From positions 1-59,962 of the IMG/VR virus record IMGVR_UViG_3300044796_000261: DNA of 59,962 bases, one strand, 5' to 3'. How positions within the stretch are numbered: position 1 is the stretch's first letter; each line of letters starts with the position of its first letter. Shown one piece after another: positions 36,549 to 45,967 of this stretch. The DNA comes from a virus (taxonomy: Duplodnaviria; Caudoviricetes). A program made the translations under genes and the position numbers. The notes beneath the pieces are model-generated. The model was not told the DNA's origin and searched no databases. It saw nothing but the letters and a program-made list of their open reading frames with translations.

Positions 36549-38236
36549 CAGCCGCCAAGCTCCGTGACGATGCGTTCCAGCACGTCGTACATGGCGTGCT
36601 CGGTGATCTCCTGAAACTCGCTCGCGTTAGCGGGCTGCGACCCGTGGAAGTTCATCTCCACGCGGATGGCCCCCGGATGCACCTGAGCGCCGATGCCTCC
36701 GCCACCGAGACCGCCGCCGGAGAAGTCCGGCAGCGCGAGGCCTGCGACGTCGTCGGTCGCGCGACCCCTGGGGACGATGCGCTCGCCCGCGCCAATGCTC
36801 GTGAGGCCCTCTCCGTCCGCAGGCTTCACGTTCGCGATGCCTCCGCGAATGCTCTCTACGACTCCGCCTTCAGCATGCGGCGCCAATTCTGCCCTCTCCG
36901 CAGCCTGTTGCTTCGCCTCGACATTCGCCATACGATCGGATACGGCGAAGCCTACAGCTCCGGCAGCGTGTACGACCGCTCCACCCACTTTTCCGAGCGG
37001 ACCAAACACGTCACCGACGGCTTCGGCAAGGTCCTTCACTGACCGCCACAATTCCTTGATGTCGCTTATGAACCCGTCGATACTAGGCTTGTTCTTTAGG
37101 AACGCGACCTCTGTCTGAAGCCCGAAGATTTCTGCCTGTTCGACGGCGTCCGCAATCCGCTTGATGATCTCGTTGAACGCGCCCGTGACCGTCGTCTTCA
37201 TGTCCTTCGTCGAGCCGTCTGCCTCCTCGATGAGGAAGTGAAGCTGCTCGAACGAGTCGAGCAGAGGCTTGGTGTCGATGTCCTCGAAGATGCCGGCGAG
37301 GTCGTTCTTGATGTCGACCGCCACGTCCTCGAGCGAAAGCTTTTTCCTTGCGACCTCGCCCACCTTGCCATTGTTGATGGCGTCGGTGAGCGCCGCGATG
37401 CCGGTCTCGGCATCGATCTGCCCCGCCTTCAGCTTCGCCTTGACCTCTCCGACGGAAATCCCTAGCCGCTTCGCGAGGTCCGCGTAGAGGTCCGGAAGCT
37501 GTACGCCAAGGCCTGAGAGTTTCTTTGGCAAGACGAACGCGCCCTGCGTGAGCGATCGCTCGATGATGCTTTGGAGCTTCGTTGCGCCCGCCTCGAGACC
37601 GACTCGAGAGAGGTTGGACACGGCGGTTACGGCGCCCTTGATCGCGTCGAGGTTCGTCTCTCCTTGCAGCATGAGTTCTTGCGCGAGAGCCTGCGCGCGC
37701 TGCACGGGAATGTGAACGCTCTTGCCGAGATCCTCGATGTCCTTGAATGCCACCTCGCCAGCTTCGTGGGTACCAAGAACCGCCTCGTAGGCGTCGACCG
37801 TGTTCTCTTTCAACTCAGCCATCTCGACGGCAAATTTCGTGGTCTCGATGGCCGCGTCGCCGAACGCCTCGCCCACGCGCTTGACGCCTTCGGCGAGAAG
37901 CTCCCCGGCCGCAATCTCCGGCACGAGCGAGTGGCCAAACCCCTTGAAAAAGCCCTTCTCGATGTTCTCGCCGGGTTTCATTTCCTCTTTGAGCTCGTGG
38001 AGCTTGCTCTTCGCCTCGCCGAGCGGGATGCGGAGCTTTTGGATTTCGAGACCTAGTTCTTTGATGGGCTCCTTGAACCCTGCCCGCTTGTAGTTGAGCT
38101 GCTCTTCCTGAAGCTTTCGGATCGCAGCCTCGGTGCTCTTGATTTCGGACTGGAGCGCCTTGAGCGACGTGGCCTCGGCATTGGCCGGCCCGCTCATCCC
38201 GTCCTTGATCGAGGTCTCGAACTCAAGCCCCTCCAC
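36548..38236 (-). CDS. Tape measure protein (about 560 aa)
   Basis: Helical Ala/Lys/Glu-rich, PHAEGG motif; follows the tail chaperones. Confidence 0.8.
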   Translation of the reverse strand: MEGLEFETSIKDGMSGPANAEATSLKALQSEIKSTEAAIRKLQEEQLNYKRAGFKEPIKELGLEIQKLRIPLGEAKSKLHELKEEMKPGENIEKGFFKGFGHSLVPEIAAGELLAEGVKRVGEAFGDAAIETTKFAVEMAELKENTVDAYEAVLGTHEAGEVAFKDIEDLGKSVHIPVQRAQALAQELMLQGETNLDAIKGAVTAVSNLSRVGLEAGATKLQSIIERSLTQGAFVLPKKLSGLGVQLPDLYADLAKRLGISVGEVKAKLKAGQIDAETGIAALTDAINNGKVGEVARKKLSLEDVAVDIKNDLAGIFEDIDTKPLLDSFEQLHFLIEEADGSTKDMKTTVTGAFNEIIKRIADAVEQAEIFGLQTEVAFLKNKPSIDGFISDIKELWRSVKDLAEAVGDVFGPLGKVGGAVVHAAGAVGFAVSDRMANVEAKQQAAERAELAPHAEGGVVESIRGGIANVKPADGEGLTSIGAGERIVPRGRATDDVAGLALPDFSGGGLGGGGIGAQVHPGAIRVEMNFHGSQPANASEFQEITEHAMYDVLERIVTELGG

Positions 38237-38767
38237 GGCGCCCGCCCTTCTCCTTGCGCTGGCCAATGGCCGTGATAAGAGCGATTCCGCTCTCGACGAA
38301 CGTCTGAATGCGCATGGCCGCCGCGTCGGCTTCGGTCGTGTCGAGGCCCGCGAAAAGCTCTCGGTAATGACGAGCGGCCATGCGTCGGTCGCCCGTCATC
38401 CTGCTCGTGTGCAGCCGGAGCGCGCGGCTTAGCCTTTTCCCTCGAGCGAGTCCGTCTGACCGGAGAGGTACTGGAGCGCCTTCTGCACTTCGGTACGTCG
38501 CACCATGCCGGGCCAGCGGGCCATGGCCGACGTAACCTCGGCCCGGTCCGGGTAGACGCACGTAGCCGCAAACAGGTTGGGCGACGCGAGCGCTTGCTGC
38601 GAATCGTCGATGGCCTGCTTGGTGAAGAACATGTGCTCCTGCGCGGTCGGGTTGCGCAGGACGAAAAATCCGCACCTTCCGAGCTGCAACGGCACGAGTT
38701 CGTGCGATGGCTCCGGGAATTTCGCGCGCAACTCCGCCATCACCTTGTCGATGTTTTCCTGATCCAT
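38223..38767 (-). CDS. Tail assembly chaperone pair G / GT by -1 frameshift (G = 38429-38767)
   Basis: G GGA AAA slippery site (38435-38441) just before the G stop; the -1 frame is open to 38223. Confidence 0.75.
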
Positions 38768-38814
38768 GTTCGTCCCACCTTTCCACCACGGCGACCTCCG
38801 CCGTCCTTACTCGT

Positions 38815-39288
38815 TCACCCGACCGCGCCGATCGTGCTCGTCTCGATGAAGCTCGGCACGCCGTTCCATAGAATTTGCCCCGGGATGTGCAGCTCGAACT
38901 TCCGCGTCAGGGCCTCGTCGCCGACCTTGTTGCTCGCCGTCTGCTTGCCGAGGTAGCAGCCTGGGATGGTGTCGAACACCGGGACGAGCGGCGTGAGGCC
39001 GACCGGGATGTAGCTAACGTTGATGACGAGCGGCGTCTGACGCCACGCGCCCAGCGTGAGCATGAGGAACTGCGCAGCTTCGAGGTACAGCTCAATGCTG
39101 CCGTTCGCCTCGTACTTGCCCTTGGTCAGGCCGAGCGGCGTGGACGCCGTTCCGTAGACCTTCGCGCGATTCAGGTTGTCGTCGTAGTCGATGGCCGCAA
39201 CGCCAGCGAATCGCAAGCCGTTGGCGTTCAGCTCGACGTCGGCGAAGGCGTGGAAGCTGCCGTTGATCAGGGGTGCGAGTAGCGCCAT
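38815..39288 (-). CDS. Tail tube protein
   Basis: 157 aa after the sheath; ING...F..V, I.Y.D, G.T.G.YE. Confidence 0.75.
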   Translation of the reverse strand: MALLAPLINGSFHAFADVELNANGLRFAGVAAIDYDDNLNRAKVYGTASTPLGLTKGKYEANGSIELYLEAAQFLMLTLGAWRQTPLVINVSYIPVGLTPLVPVFDTIPGCYLGKQTASNKVGDEALTRKFELHIPGQILWNGVPSFIETSTIGAVG

Positions 39289-39291
39289 GAC

Positions 39292-40812
39292 TTACGGGCC
39301 TCCGGGTGACGAAGAGACTTGGATGACGGCCGGATTCTGGAACGTGAGCGTAACGTTGATGGTCTTCAGATATCCGAGAGGTACGATCGAAATCGTGACC
39401 GTCAGCGTGGACGTGGTCAGGATGTTGTCGGTCCTGCTGACGACGCACGTTGCCGAGCTGACCGCACTGGCGTTCGTGAGGCCGTTCGCGAGCTCCGCGT
39501 TGCAGCCGTCCTGAAGGTTCTGCGCATCCTGCGGGAGGATGAAACCGTTCGATCCGACGCGAACCGAATCGCTCAGCTCCTCGACGAAGTAGTCATAGGC
39601 GATGAGGCACGCGGCATCCATGACGTGCCCGTACTGGAGCCACTTGAAGCTCGAGCCCGGAGGCGCCATGAGGTTCGGGTTCTTGACGAAGAGCCCAGGC
39701 CGGTTGAGGATGCTCCAGCACGACATAAATCGCGCGGCGTCGAGGCCAGGGTTCACGCTCTCGTCGTGGTAGATGTACCCGTCGGGCTTCGACGGGAGCA
39801 CCATGTTCGCCAGAGACCCGTCCTTCACTCGCCCGAGGTCGACCTGGATGGCGACCCCCGAGTCACGCGCTGCGGCGGCCCAGAGCAGCGGGCGCCGGAA
39901 CTGCGACTGGCTGTATGGCGAGATCATGTTGTAGGCGCCCGCGGTGACGCCGACCCGCAGCGAAGAGCTGTTGACGAACGCGGTCTCGATGCTCGTCATC
40001 CACGCGGCCTCGGTCTCCGTCGAAGCGCCGCCCCACATGGCATCGCCGGCCGAGCAAATCAGACGGTTGAAACGCTTCTTGTTGAAGAGCGTGGTCATGT
40101 ACCCGTCGAAGGCCGAGACGTCGCCCGCGGTCACGCCGACCGTTCCGGCCCCGTTGCGCGCAGCCGAACCGCCAGCGACGATGATGTCCTCGGGCAGGAG
40201 GCTCGGCACGGTGAGCAGGACGTTTACGGCGCTCTGCACCGCTGCGTCCGACCACGTGGGCTCGGTAGATATCCACGTCCAGGAGTCGCCCGCCACGAGG
40301 GCGCCCGCGCCGAAGTTCAGCGTCAGGCCCGTCGTCGGCTGGCCAGGGAAGGTGATGGCCACGGAGTTGGCCGTCCCGAGGTTCACGGTGAGGTACGTCG
40401 TTCGGCCCGCGTCGAGCGACACGGCGAGCTGGATGCCTGCCACGCCGATGGTGCCTGCCACGAGCACCGAAACGCGCCCGTAGTAGGTGTCGTTCGGGGT
40501 GCCACTCAGCGTGACGGCGCTAGAGGACGTGTTCGTCGAGGCCGCCGTCACGGCGGTGTTCGTGCCGGGCGACGCCGCGGGGACCGCAACGAAGGCCACG
40601 GGGTTTCCCGTAGAGTTGCTCGTGAAGCCCGCGAGTTCGACGCCGGGGCCGGTGCCGTTCTGCGTCTGGAAGTCGTTCGGGTTCGTGCTCTGGATGAGCT
40701 GGTAATACGGACCCGTCGAGCCGATGCCGATGATGTATTCGGTGTTGCCCTGGCCAGCGGGGCTCTGTCCGAGACCGCCGTCGTTGACGAAGAGGTTGAC
40801 TCCTTGCGGCAT
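39292..40812 (-). CDS. Tail sheath protein (DUF2586-like)
   Basis: DGGLG, LGRVKDG, HDE..NPGLD.ARF, PLGY.K.I.V. Confidence 0.82.
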   Translation of the reverse strand: MPQGVNLFVNDGGLGQSPAGQGNTEYIIGIGSTGPYYQLIQSTNPNDFQTQNGTGPGVELAGFTSNSTGNPVAFVAVPAASPGTNTAVTAASTNTSSSAVTLSGTPNDTYYGRVSVLVAGTIGVAGIQLAVSLDAGRTTYLTVNLGTANSVAITFPGQPTTGLTLNFGAGALVAGDSWTWISTEPTWSDAAVQSAVNVLLTVPSLLPEDIIVAGGSAARNGAGTVGVTAGDVSAFDGYMTTLFNKKRFNRLICSAGDAMWGGASTETEAAWMTSIETAFVNSSSLRVGVTAGAYNMISPYSQSQFRRPLLWAAAARDSGVAIQVDLGRVKDGSLANMVLPSKPDGYIYHDESVNPGLDAARFMSCWSILNRPGLFVKNPNLMAPPGSSFKWLQYGHVMDAACLIAYDYFVEELSDSVRVGSNGFILPQDAQNLQDGCNAELANGLTNASAVSSATCVVSRTDNILTTSTLTVTISIVPLGYLKTINVTLTFQNPAVIQVSSSPGGP

Positions 40813-40824
40813 TTTCAGACCCTC

Positions 40825-41498
40825 TCAGGGAGGCGCCACGATGACGCCGGAAGAAGTCGAAGAGCCATCGGGGAAGTCCTCGACGACCGTTGCATTGACT
40901 TGCACGCCTGCCGTCGTGCTCGTGGCGTACGGCAGCGATATCCACGGCTCGTCGGTGATGGCCGCGTAGAACCCGACCGGAACGATGAGCAGTCGGCCAA
41001 ACCGGCGGTCGTGCGTTGGCTGGTCCCACCGAGCCTCGCCGATGCTGACGTTCGGCACGTTGCCGAGGACGCGAACGAACGAACCGAGAAGCTCCCGGTA
41101 AAGCTCGATCGTAGTGTCGAAGTCTTGCAGATTGTTGACGCTCGTGAGGTCCGGGTCGCCCCACAAGTGAGCGTCGAACGAGATGAGCGACCGCCAAAAG
41201 GGCGAGAGTTGATTTGGCTCACCAGTCCCTTCATGGGCTGCTGACCCATGCGGATGGCAGGCTCTACGCGGATACCCGTAGGCACGAGCACGATGCGCGG
41301 AGGCGAGTGCTCCTGCTTCACCCACTCCTCTCCGATCATGATTGGAGACGTCGCCTGGGAAACCGGGCACACGAGCGCTGGCAAGCTGCGCTTCGCGCGC
41401 ACGCTGGCGATGTCCGAAGCGACCGCGGAGATGGTCGCCACGACGGTCAGCATCGGCCCCGTCGTGAAGTTCGTCGGCAAGGGAAGCGGCTGGACCAT
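40825..41498 (-). CDS. Tail terminator-like protein split by a -1 frameshift
   Basis: N-half (MVQPLP..PPRIVLVP..INSRPF) and C-half (WRSLISFDAHLWG..) lie in different frames that meet at C CCT TTT (41196-41202). Confidence 0.6.
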
Positions 41499-41935
41499 CA
41501 CCGCACCTCTCGCGCGCGCTGCGCCAGAATCCGAGCCTGCTCGGTGAGCACGCGGCGCCACGTCGCCGGCATCACGTGCTGCGGGAAGATGAGCCGCTGC
41601 GGAGGCCGACCGCGTCCTCCTTGGTGGAAGATGCCGTACGGAGCACCGATGCGGAGCGCGATGCCGATGCGTCCGCCCGTCATGGGCTTCGCCACGGTAC
41701 CGTCCCGGAGCTTGCCAGTCGCGGTGAGCGGAGGGTTGCGCCGTCCGCGCGCGATGGTGGACTTGGCCAAGGGCTTCCACGGTCGCCCGTAGGGGTCCTT
41801 GCCTTCGGCGAACTGCGCATGCATGAGCTTCGTGATCTCCGGCGCGGCCGCGACGGCGAGCTTGCGCGGCACGGCGCCAAGCTCGTTGACGACGCGAATC
41901 ATGCGCGAGATGGCGCGGTCGGTGTGGGCACTCAT
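41498..41935 (-). CDS. Phage virion morphogenesis / tail completion protein (Mu gpG-like)
   Basis: F..G.DPYG.PWKPLA.ST, PL..TG.L, YG.FHQ.G, P.R. Confidence 0.8.
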   Translation of the reverse strand: MSAHTDRAISRMIRVVNELGAVPRKLAVAAAPEITKLMHAQFAEGKDPYGRPWKPLAKSTIARGRRNPPLTATGKLRDGTVAKPMTGGRIGIALRIGAPYGIFHQGGRGRPPQRLIFPQHVMPATWRRVLTEQARILAQRAREVR

Positions 41936-42204
41936 GTTCCCATCACCTTGTACGGGCGCGCCACCATGCACACGATGCCGGTGGCCGACGTGTTCGAGTT
42001 CCAGATCTGCGTGAACGCGATGGGGTAGATGGTCCCCTGCTGGCAGTTTTGGAGCACGGTCACATTGCCAGCGGCGTCCGTGATCTGCACGTTGCCGCTG
42101 ACGCCCACGTAGAACGCCGAATAGATGTTCTTTTGGCTCGGCGGCGTGTCGCTGGGCGTAGCTCCGAGAGAGAACTGGTAGGTGATGGCGCCGATGTCGC
42201 TCAT
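41932..42204 (-). CDS. Small head spike-base-like protein
   Basis: YVG.SGNV.I....G.....G.IYPI.....T.AT.I pattern. Confidence 0.5.
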   Translation of the reverse strand: MSDIGAITYQFSLGATPSDTPPSQKNIYSAFYVGVSGNVQITDAAGNVTVLQNCQQGTIYPIAFTQIWNSNTSATGIVCMVARPYKVMGT

Positions 42205-42207
42205 GGC

Positions 42208-42669
42208 TCACCACACGCTCGGGCGGCCGTTCGAGGAGAACGTCGACCACCCGCGTTGCTCCTGCGAGCTGACCTGCGGCATGTCGTGGGTCGGATCGCC
42301 GGGGCTCGCCGCACCAGGGATTAGCCCGTACGGCGTGATGTTCGTCCGCTGGATGTTCCTGAAATACTCGATCGCGGCGTCGTACTCCGGCTTCCAGTAT
42401 TTGTCTGCGCCCGCGTCGGGATTCATGCCGCGCGCGCGCAGGATGATCCACACGGCGATGCACGCCGAGTAGAACACGAACGACACTGGCCACTGCAGGA
42501 GAGGCATCGTCCAGCGGCTCGAAATGAGGTCGTCGGCCATGGCGTTCGCCTGCTGGCACGCAGCAAGCTGCTGCACCGGAGAGACGTCCTGAAGAGAGAA
42601 CGGGTTGACGCCCGTCAACAGGAGGTCCGAAGGTGCGCAATACTGCGAGCCAAGAGGGGCGACAGGCAT
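42208..42669 (-). CDS. Head-tail adaptor (Mu gp36/DUF1320-like)
   Basis: YC...DL, AN..AD.....R...PL, IA.W, YD.AI.Y. Confidence 0.75.
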   Translation of the reverse strand: MPVAPLGSQYCAPSDLLLTGVNPFSLQDVSPVQQLAACQQANAMADDLISSRWTMPLLQWPVSFVFYSACIAVWIILRARGMNPDAGADKYWKPEYDAAIEYFRNIQRTNITPYGLIPGAASPGDPTHDMPQVSSQEQRGWSTFSSNGRPSVW

Positions 42670-42685
42670 GGCCCACCTCTACCGG

Positions 42686-43696
42686 TCAGGGACCCGAGCG
42701 AGCGAAGAGGAACGAGAATCCGGCGGCCGGCGTAGCGCGCGCCCATCCGCCGAGCAGGAACTTGTGCTCATCGAATACGACGGGGTCGTTCTCGTTCATG
42801 CGCGGCGTGATGCGCGGGGCCTCGCGGAGGGCCCATGTCACGCCCTTGTATGCCTTGGTGCCGTCGCCGAGGTACCACATGGCCGAGTCGTTCAGGAAGA
42901 TGTTCTCGACAGGCGTCACGCCGAAACGACGGAGAGGGTTGTCCGCCGCGCCGACCTGGCCCGTGATGGTCCCCCACGCCGGAGGCGCGAAGAACATCGC
43001 CTTGAGCACGAGTTCGACCTCCGTCTTGAGCTGCACGGGGTGCATGAGGAAGCTCGGCATGACGCCGAGTCGCTCGCCGTCTTCGCCCTTGAGCGTCGAC
43101 ATGTACTCGTAGAGCGTCGAGAAGGCTGTCGGGCCGAACGCGCCGCCGACGAGGACAGAGCGCGTACCGCCAGTGTTCACGGCCGAGTAGGTGACCGTGA
43201 CGCCGCCGCCGGAGAAATCGTTGCAGTACGTTCCTGCCGCGGAGTTGTAGAAATCGGTCGGGTGGGCCGTGTTGAAGTAGGTGAGTCCGTCGAAGCCGAG
43301 AACGTTGCCCGTGTAGGCGCCCGCGTTCTCGAGCCAGTCGCGAAGCTCGTAGTTCGGCCAGCGGCGCGTCTGGCGCGCCATGTCCGGCACCATCCGGTAG
43401 TAGATGCCGTAGAGGTCGTCGTCGAGATCGAACCGGTCGATGTCGTACGTGATCTCGAAGGGAAGGACCACCGCAGAGTAGGTCTGCGGCGCCGGCTGAT
43501 TCGTCACGCGCGGGCCGTACCAGACCCGCATCTTCGGCATCATACCGGTCCAGCCGGCGACGAACTGCTTTCCGGTGACAGGTACCTCGCTGGCGTACTG
43601 CGGCCAGATCGAGTCCGTCGTGTCCGCGTAGACCGCCCCGAACGACGTATTGATGTTCGAGATGAACAGCGCGAAATTGGTGGGCGTCGGCTGCAT
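42686..43696 (-). CDS. Major capsid protein (Mu gpT-like)
   Basis: W.G.MP.MR.W.G.R, FE.T..IDR.D.DDD.YGIY, FDG..YF...HP, WYL.D. Confidence 0.9.
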   Translation of the reverse strand: MQPTPTNFALFISNINTSFGAVYADTTDSIWPQYASEVPVTGKQFVAGWTGMMPKMRVWYGPRVTNQPAPQTYSAVVLPFEITYDIDRFDLDDDLYGIYYRMVPDMARQTRRWPNYELRDWLENAGAYTGNVLGFDGLTYFNTAHPTDFYNSAAGTYCNDFSGGGVTVTYSAVNTGGTRSVLVGGAFGPTAFSTLYEYMSTLKGEDGERLGVMPSFLMHPVQLKTEVELVLKAMFFAPPAWGTITGQVGAADNPLRRFGVTPVENIFLNDSAMWYLGDGTKAYKGVTWALREAPRITPRMNENDPVVFDEHKFLLGGWARATPAAGFSFLFARSGP

Positions 43697-43697
43697 G

Positions 43698-44192
43698 TTA
43701 TTGCGGGGCTCCGGTGGTCTGCGAGTTGCCCATCTTCACGGCGACCATGCCGGTGAGGTTGGGGGGCTGCTGGAGGCTCATGACGACGCCCGCGACAGGT
43801 CGGGTATTGCTCCCGGACGTCAGGCCCACCGTCGTCTCGTTGATGACGTAGCAGGTGGCTCCCACGTTGGCCTGAGCGATGGCATCCGCACCGGTGCCGT
43901 TGTTCAGATAGAAGCTACCCGTGGCCACTTCGACGGTGACCGCGCCGTTCGTGGTCCCTCCGGCCATGCCGGGTCCCGTGTCCGCGAAGCCTGGCCCGTA
44001 GCCCTCGTAGAGTCCCCAGACGAGATCCGTCGATTGCGGGGAGGTCGTCTCGACGGCGTAACCGCTGCGAGTCGCTGCGATGGCGCCTCGGTACAGTGAG
44101 GCATTCGCCGTGACTGCGAGGTTGACAGGCTGGGATGCGTTTCCCGGAGTCCCGTACCGGATGATTTTGACGTCTTTGGTCAGGTTGGCCAT
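43698..44192 (-). CDS. Head decoration / cement protein
   Basis: IAQANVG..CY.....TV, RPVAG.V; immediately upstream of the capsid gene. Confidence 0.7.
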   Translation of the reverse strand: MANLTKDVKIIRYGTPGNASQPVNLAVTANASLYRGAIAATRSGYAVETTSPQSTDLVWGLYEGYGPGFADTGPGMAGGTTNGAVTVEVATGSFYLNNGTGADAIAQANVGATCYVINETTVGLTSGSNTRPVAGVVMSLQQPPNLTGMVAVKMGNSQTTGAPQ

Positions 44193-44195
44193 GGC

Positions 44196-45044
44196 TCAGT
44201 ACCTCGCCGCGCCGTTGAGGGTCGCGATGGTCTTGTGTGCGTTCTTGATCGCCTCGGATCGGAGCGCGGCGGCCTTGTCTCCGGTCAGGCCGCTCGCCTT
44301 GACCGTGTCATCGATGCTCGCCATGACGTCGGCCGGCAGCTCCGCACGGCGAGGATTGCCGTCGTCGAGCGGGGCAGTGAGGTTCTCTTCCTCGGTCGCC
44401 ACGAGGGCCTTTGGCCGCATTGCGAGGTAGTCCGTAACGAAGGCGTGGTCCTTCTTGCGGAGCGTGACCGACTCGGGCTTGGTGATGCGACGCTGCGCCA
44501 GCGCTTCGTCGATCATCGCGGTGCGCTCGCGGTCCTTGGAGGCCCTGTCGCGCTGCACGGCGTCTCGCTCGAGCTTCGCGATTCGCTCGGCTTGCGCGGT
44601 GATGGCTGCGCTTGCGCCCGGGGTGAGGCTTGCCGAAGTGCCGGCGGGGGCAAAGTCGGACGGCGCGTAGGTGCGGAGCCGCGCTTCGGCCTCCTCCTCG
44701 TCCTCGTCCTCGTCCTCCTCGTCCTCCTCGCACTTCTTGGCGGCCTCTTCGTACTCGGCCGCCTTCTGCTTGTGCTCTGCGGCCTTCGAGCGGTGCTTGG
44801 CGGCTTCGGCGGTCTTCTTGGCCATCTTCGCGGCCTTCGCCGCCTTCGCGGCCTTGCTCTCGTCGCCGTCCTCGTCCTCGTCGTCCTCGTCGTCTTCGTC
44901 CTCGTCGCCGTCGTCATCCAGCTCGGCGCGTGCGCCCGCAAGGATGGCCAGCGTGGCCCGCAGAGACCGGAGCTTCTTCGGGTCGGTCTCCGAGGCGATT
45001 GCCGCCTCGGTGGACTTGATCTTGGTATCGAGCTTCACCGACAT
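44196..45044 (-). CDS. Capsid scaffolding protein
   Basis: Acidic low-complexity tracts and helical C-terminus (IDEAL...RIT); between protease and capsid. Confidence 0.65.
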   Translation of the reverse strand: MSVKLDTKIKSTEAAIASETDPKKLRSLRATLAILAGARAELDDDGDEDEDDEDDEDEDGDESKAAKAAKAAKMAKKTAEAAKHRSKAAEHKQKAAEYEEAAKKCEEDEEDEDEDEEEAEARLRTYAPSDFAPAGTSASLTPGASAAITAQAERIAKLERDAVQRDRASKDRERTAMIDEALAQRRITKPESVTLRKKDHAFVTDYLAMRPKALVATEEENLTAPLDDGNPRRAELPADVMASIDDTVKASGLTGDKAAALRSEAIKNAHKTIATLNGAARY

Positions 45045-45118
45045 GATGGCGTCCCTTGGGTGCGGTGGGTCATAAAAGACCCCGGTGGGTTGAATGTGAC
45101 CTACCATCGCCACACTTG

Positions 45119-45967
45119 TCAAGCGGGCGTTTCGTCGGCCCTTCGGTCGGTCTCGTTCCCTCTGTTCGGCGCGACCACCTCGGGCGGTGGGGTCTCGGAC
45201 GTGTCGAGCCCAAAAAGCACGTCGTCGAGGCTCATCACGTCGTCGATGAGACCCACGCGTTTGGCCTCTTTGCCAAGGTAGATGGCCGCTTCGAGGGCTT
45301 GCAGCGCCTCCGGCTTCATCTTCCTGGCCTTGCCGGCGATCGTGAAGAACTGGCGCGCAAGCTCCGCGTTGCGCGCGGTCTCCGCCTTCACCGCGTCATC
45401 CGATATGAGTGCGTGTGGGTGTCCGTCGGCCTTCCGCTTGCCGCTCGTGATGATGACGAAATCGAAGCCGTCCGAAGCATCGCGCTTGGCCTGCGAGGCG
45501 AGCGTGCTGATGACCCCCACGCTTCCGACGATGGCACTCGGAGGCGCGAGCACTTCGGAGCACGAGCAGCAGATCGCGTACGCCGCGCTAGCGGCCATCT
45601 CGTCCACGTAGGCCACGAAGGGGATGCCCGAAGCCTTGGACATGCGCTGGAGCTTGAGCACGCACTCATTGAGGCCAGCGACGACGCCGCCAGGCGACTC
45701 GATGCGGAACACGATCGCCGTTGGTTTTGGGTCCGAATCGATGGCCATTTTTACGCGCTCGAGAATGGCCTCGTATGAATCGCCTCCGTCGCCCTTGAAG
45801 TGCATGATCGCGCCACGGATGTGGACGATACCAACGGAGCCGTGCTTCTCGTTGTCCGGAGCGTCGGGCCCGAACGTGATGTAGAAGCCAGAGTCATCGT
45901 GCTGGATGACGGACGGGTCGATGGCGAGGTACTCGCCCCATCGGATGGCATGGCGACGCGTTGTCAT
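45119..45967 (-). CDS. S49 family prohead protease
   Basis: IESPGG, MAASAAY, VGSVGV, SG..K, GLID.V. Confidence 0.92.
   Translation of the reverse strand: MTTRRHAIRWGEYLAIDPSVIQHDDSGFYITFGPDAPDNEKHGSVGIVHIRGAIMHFKGDGGDSYEAILERVKMAIDSDPKPTAIVFRIESPGGVVAGLNECVLKLQRMSKASGIPFVAYVDEMAASAAYAICCSCSEVLAPPSAIVGSVGVISTLASQAKRDASDGFDFVIITSGKRKADGHPHALISDDAVKAETARNAELARQFFTIAGKARKMKPEALQALEAAIYLGKEAKRVGLIDDVMSLDDVLFGLDTSETPPPEVVAPNRGNETDRRADETPA

Noticed and set aside
42181-42193. 13-nt match GGTGATGGCGCCG to spacer 59801-59835 (self-targeting?)
   Set aside because: Short, outside the expected 5' seed, and plausible by chance in GC-rich DNA.
44680-44920. TCGTCC-type short tandem repeats
   Set aside because: They encode the Asp/Glu tracts of the scaffolding protein.
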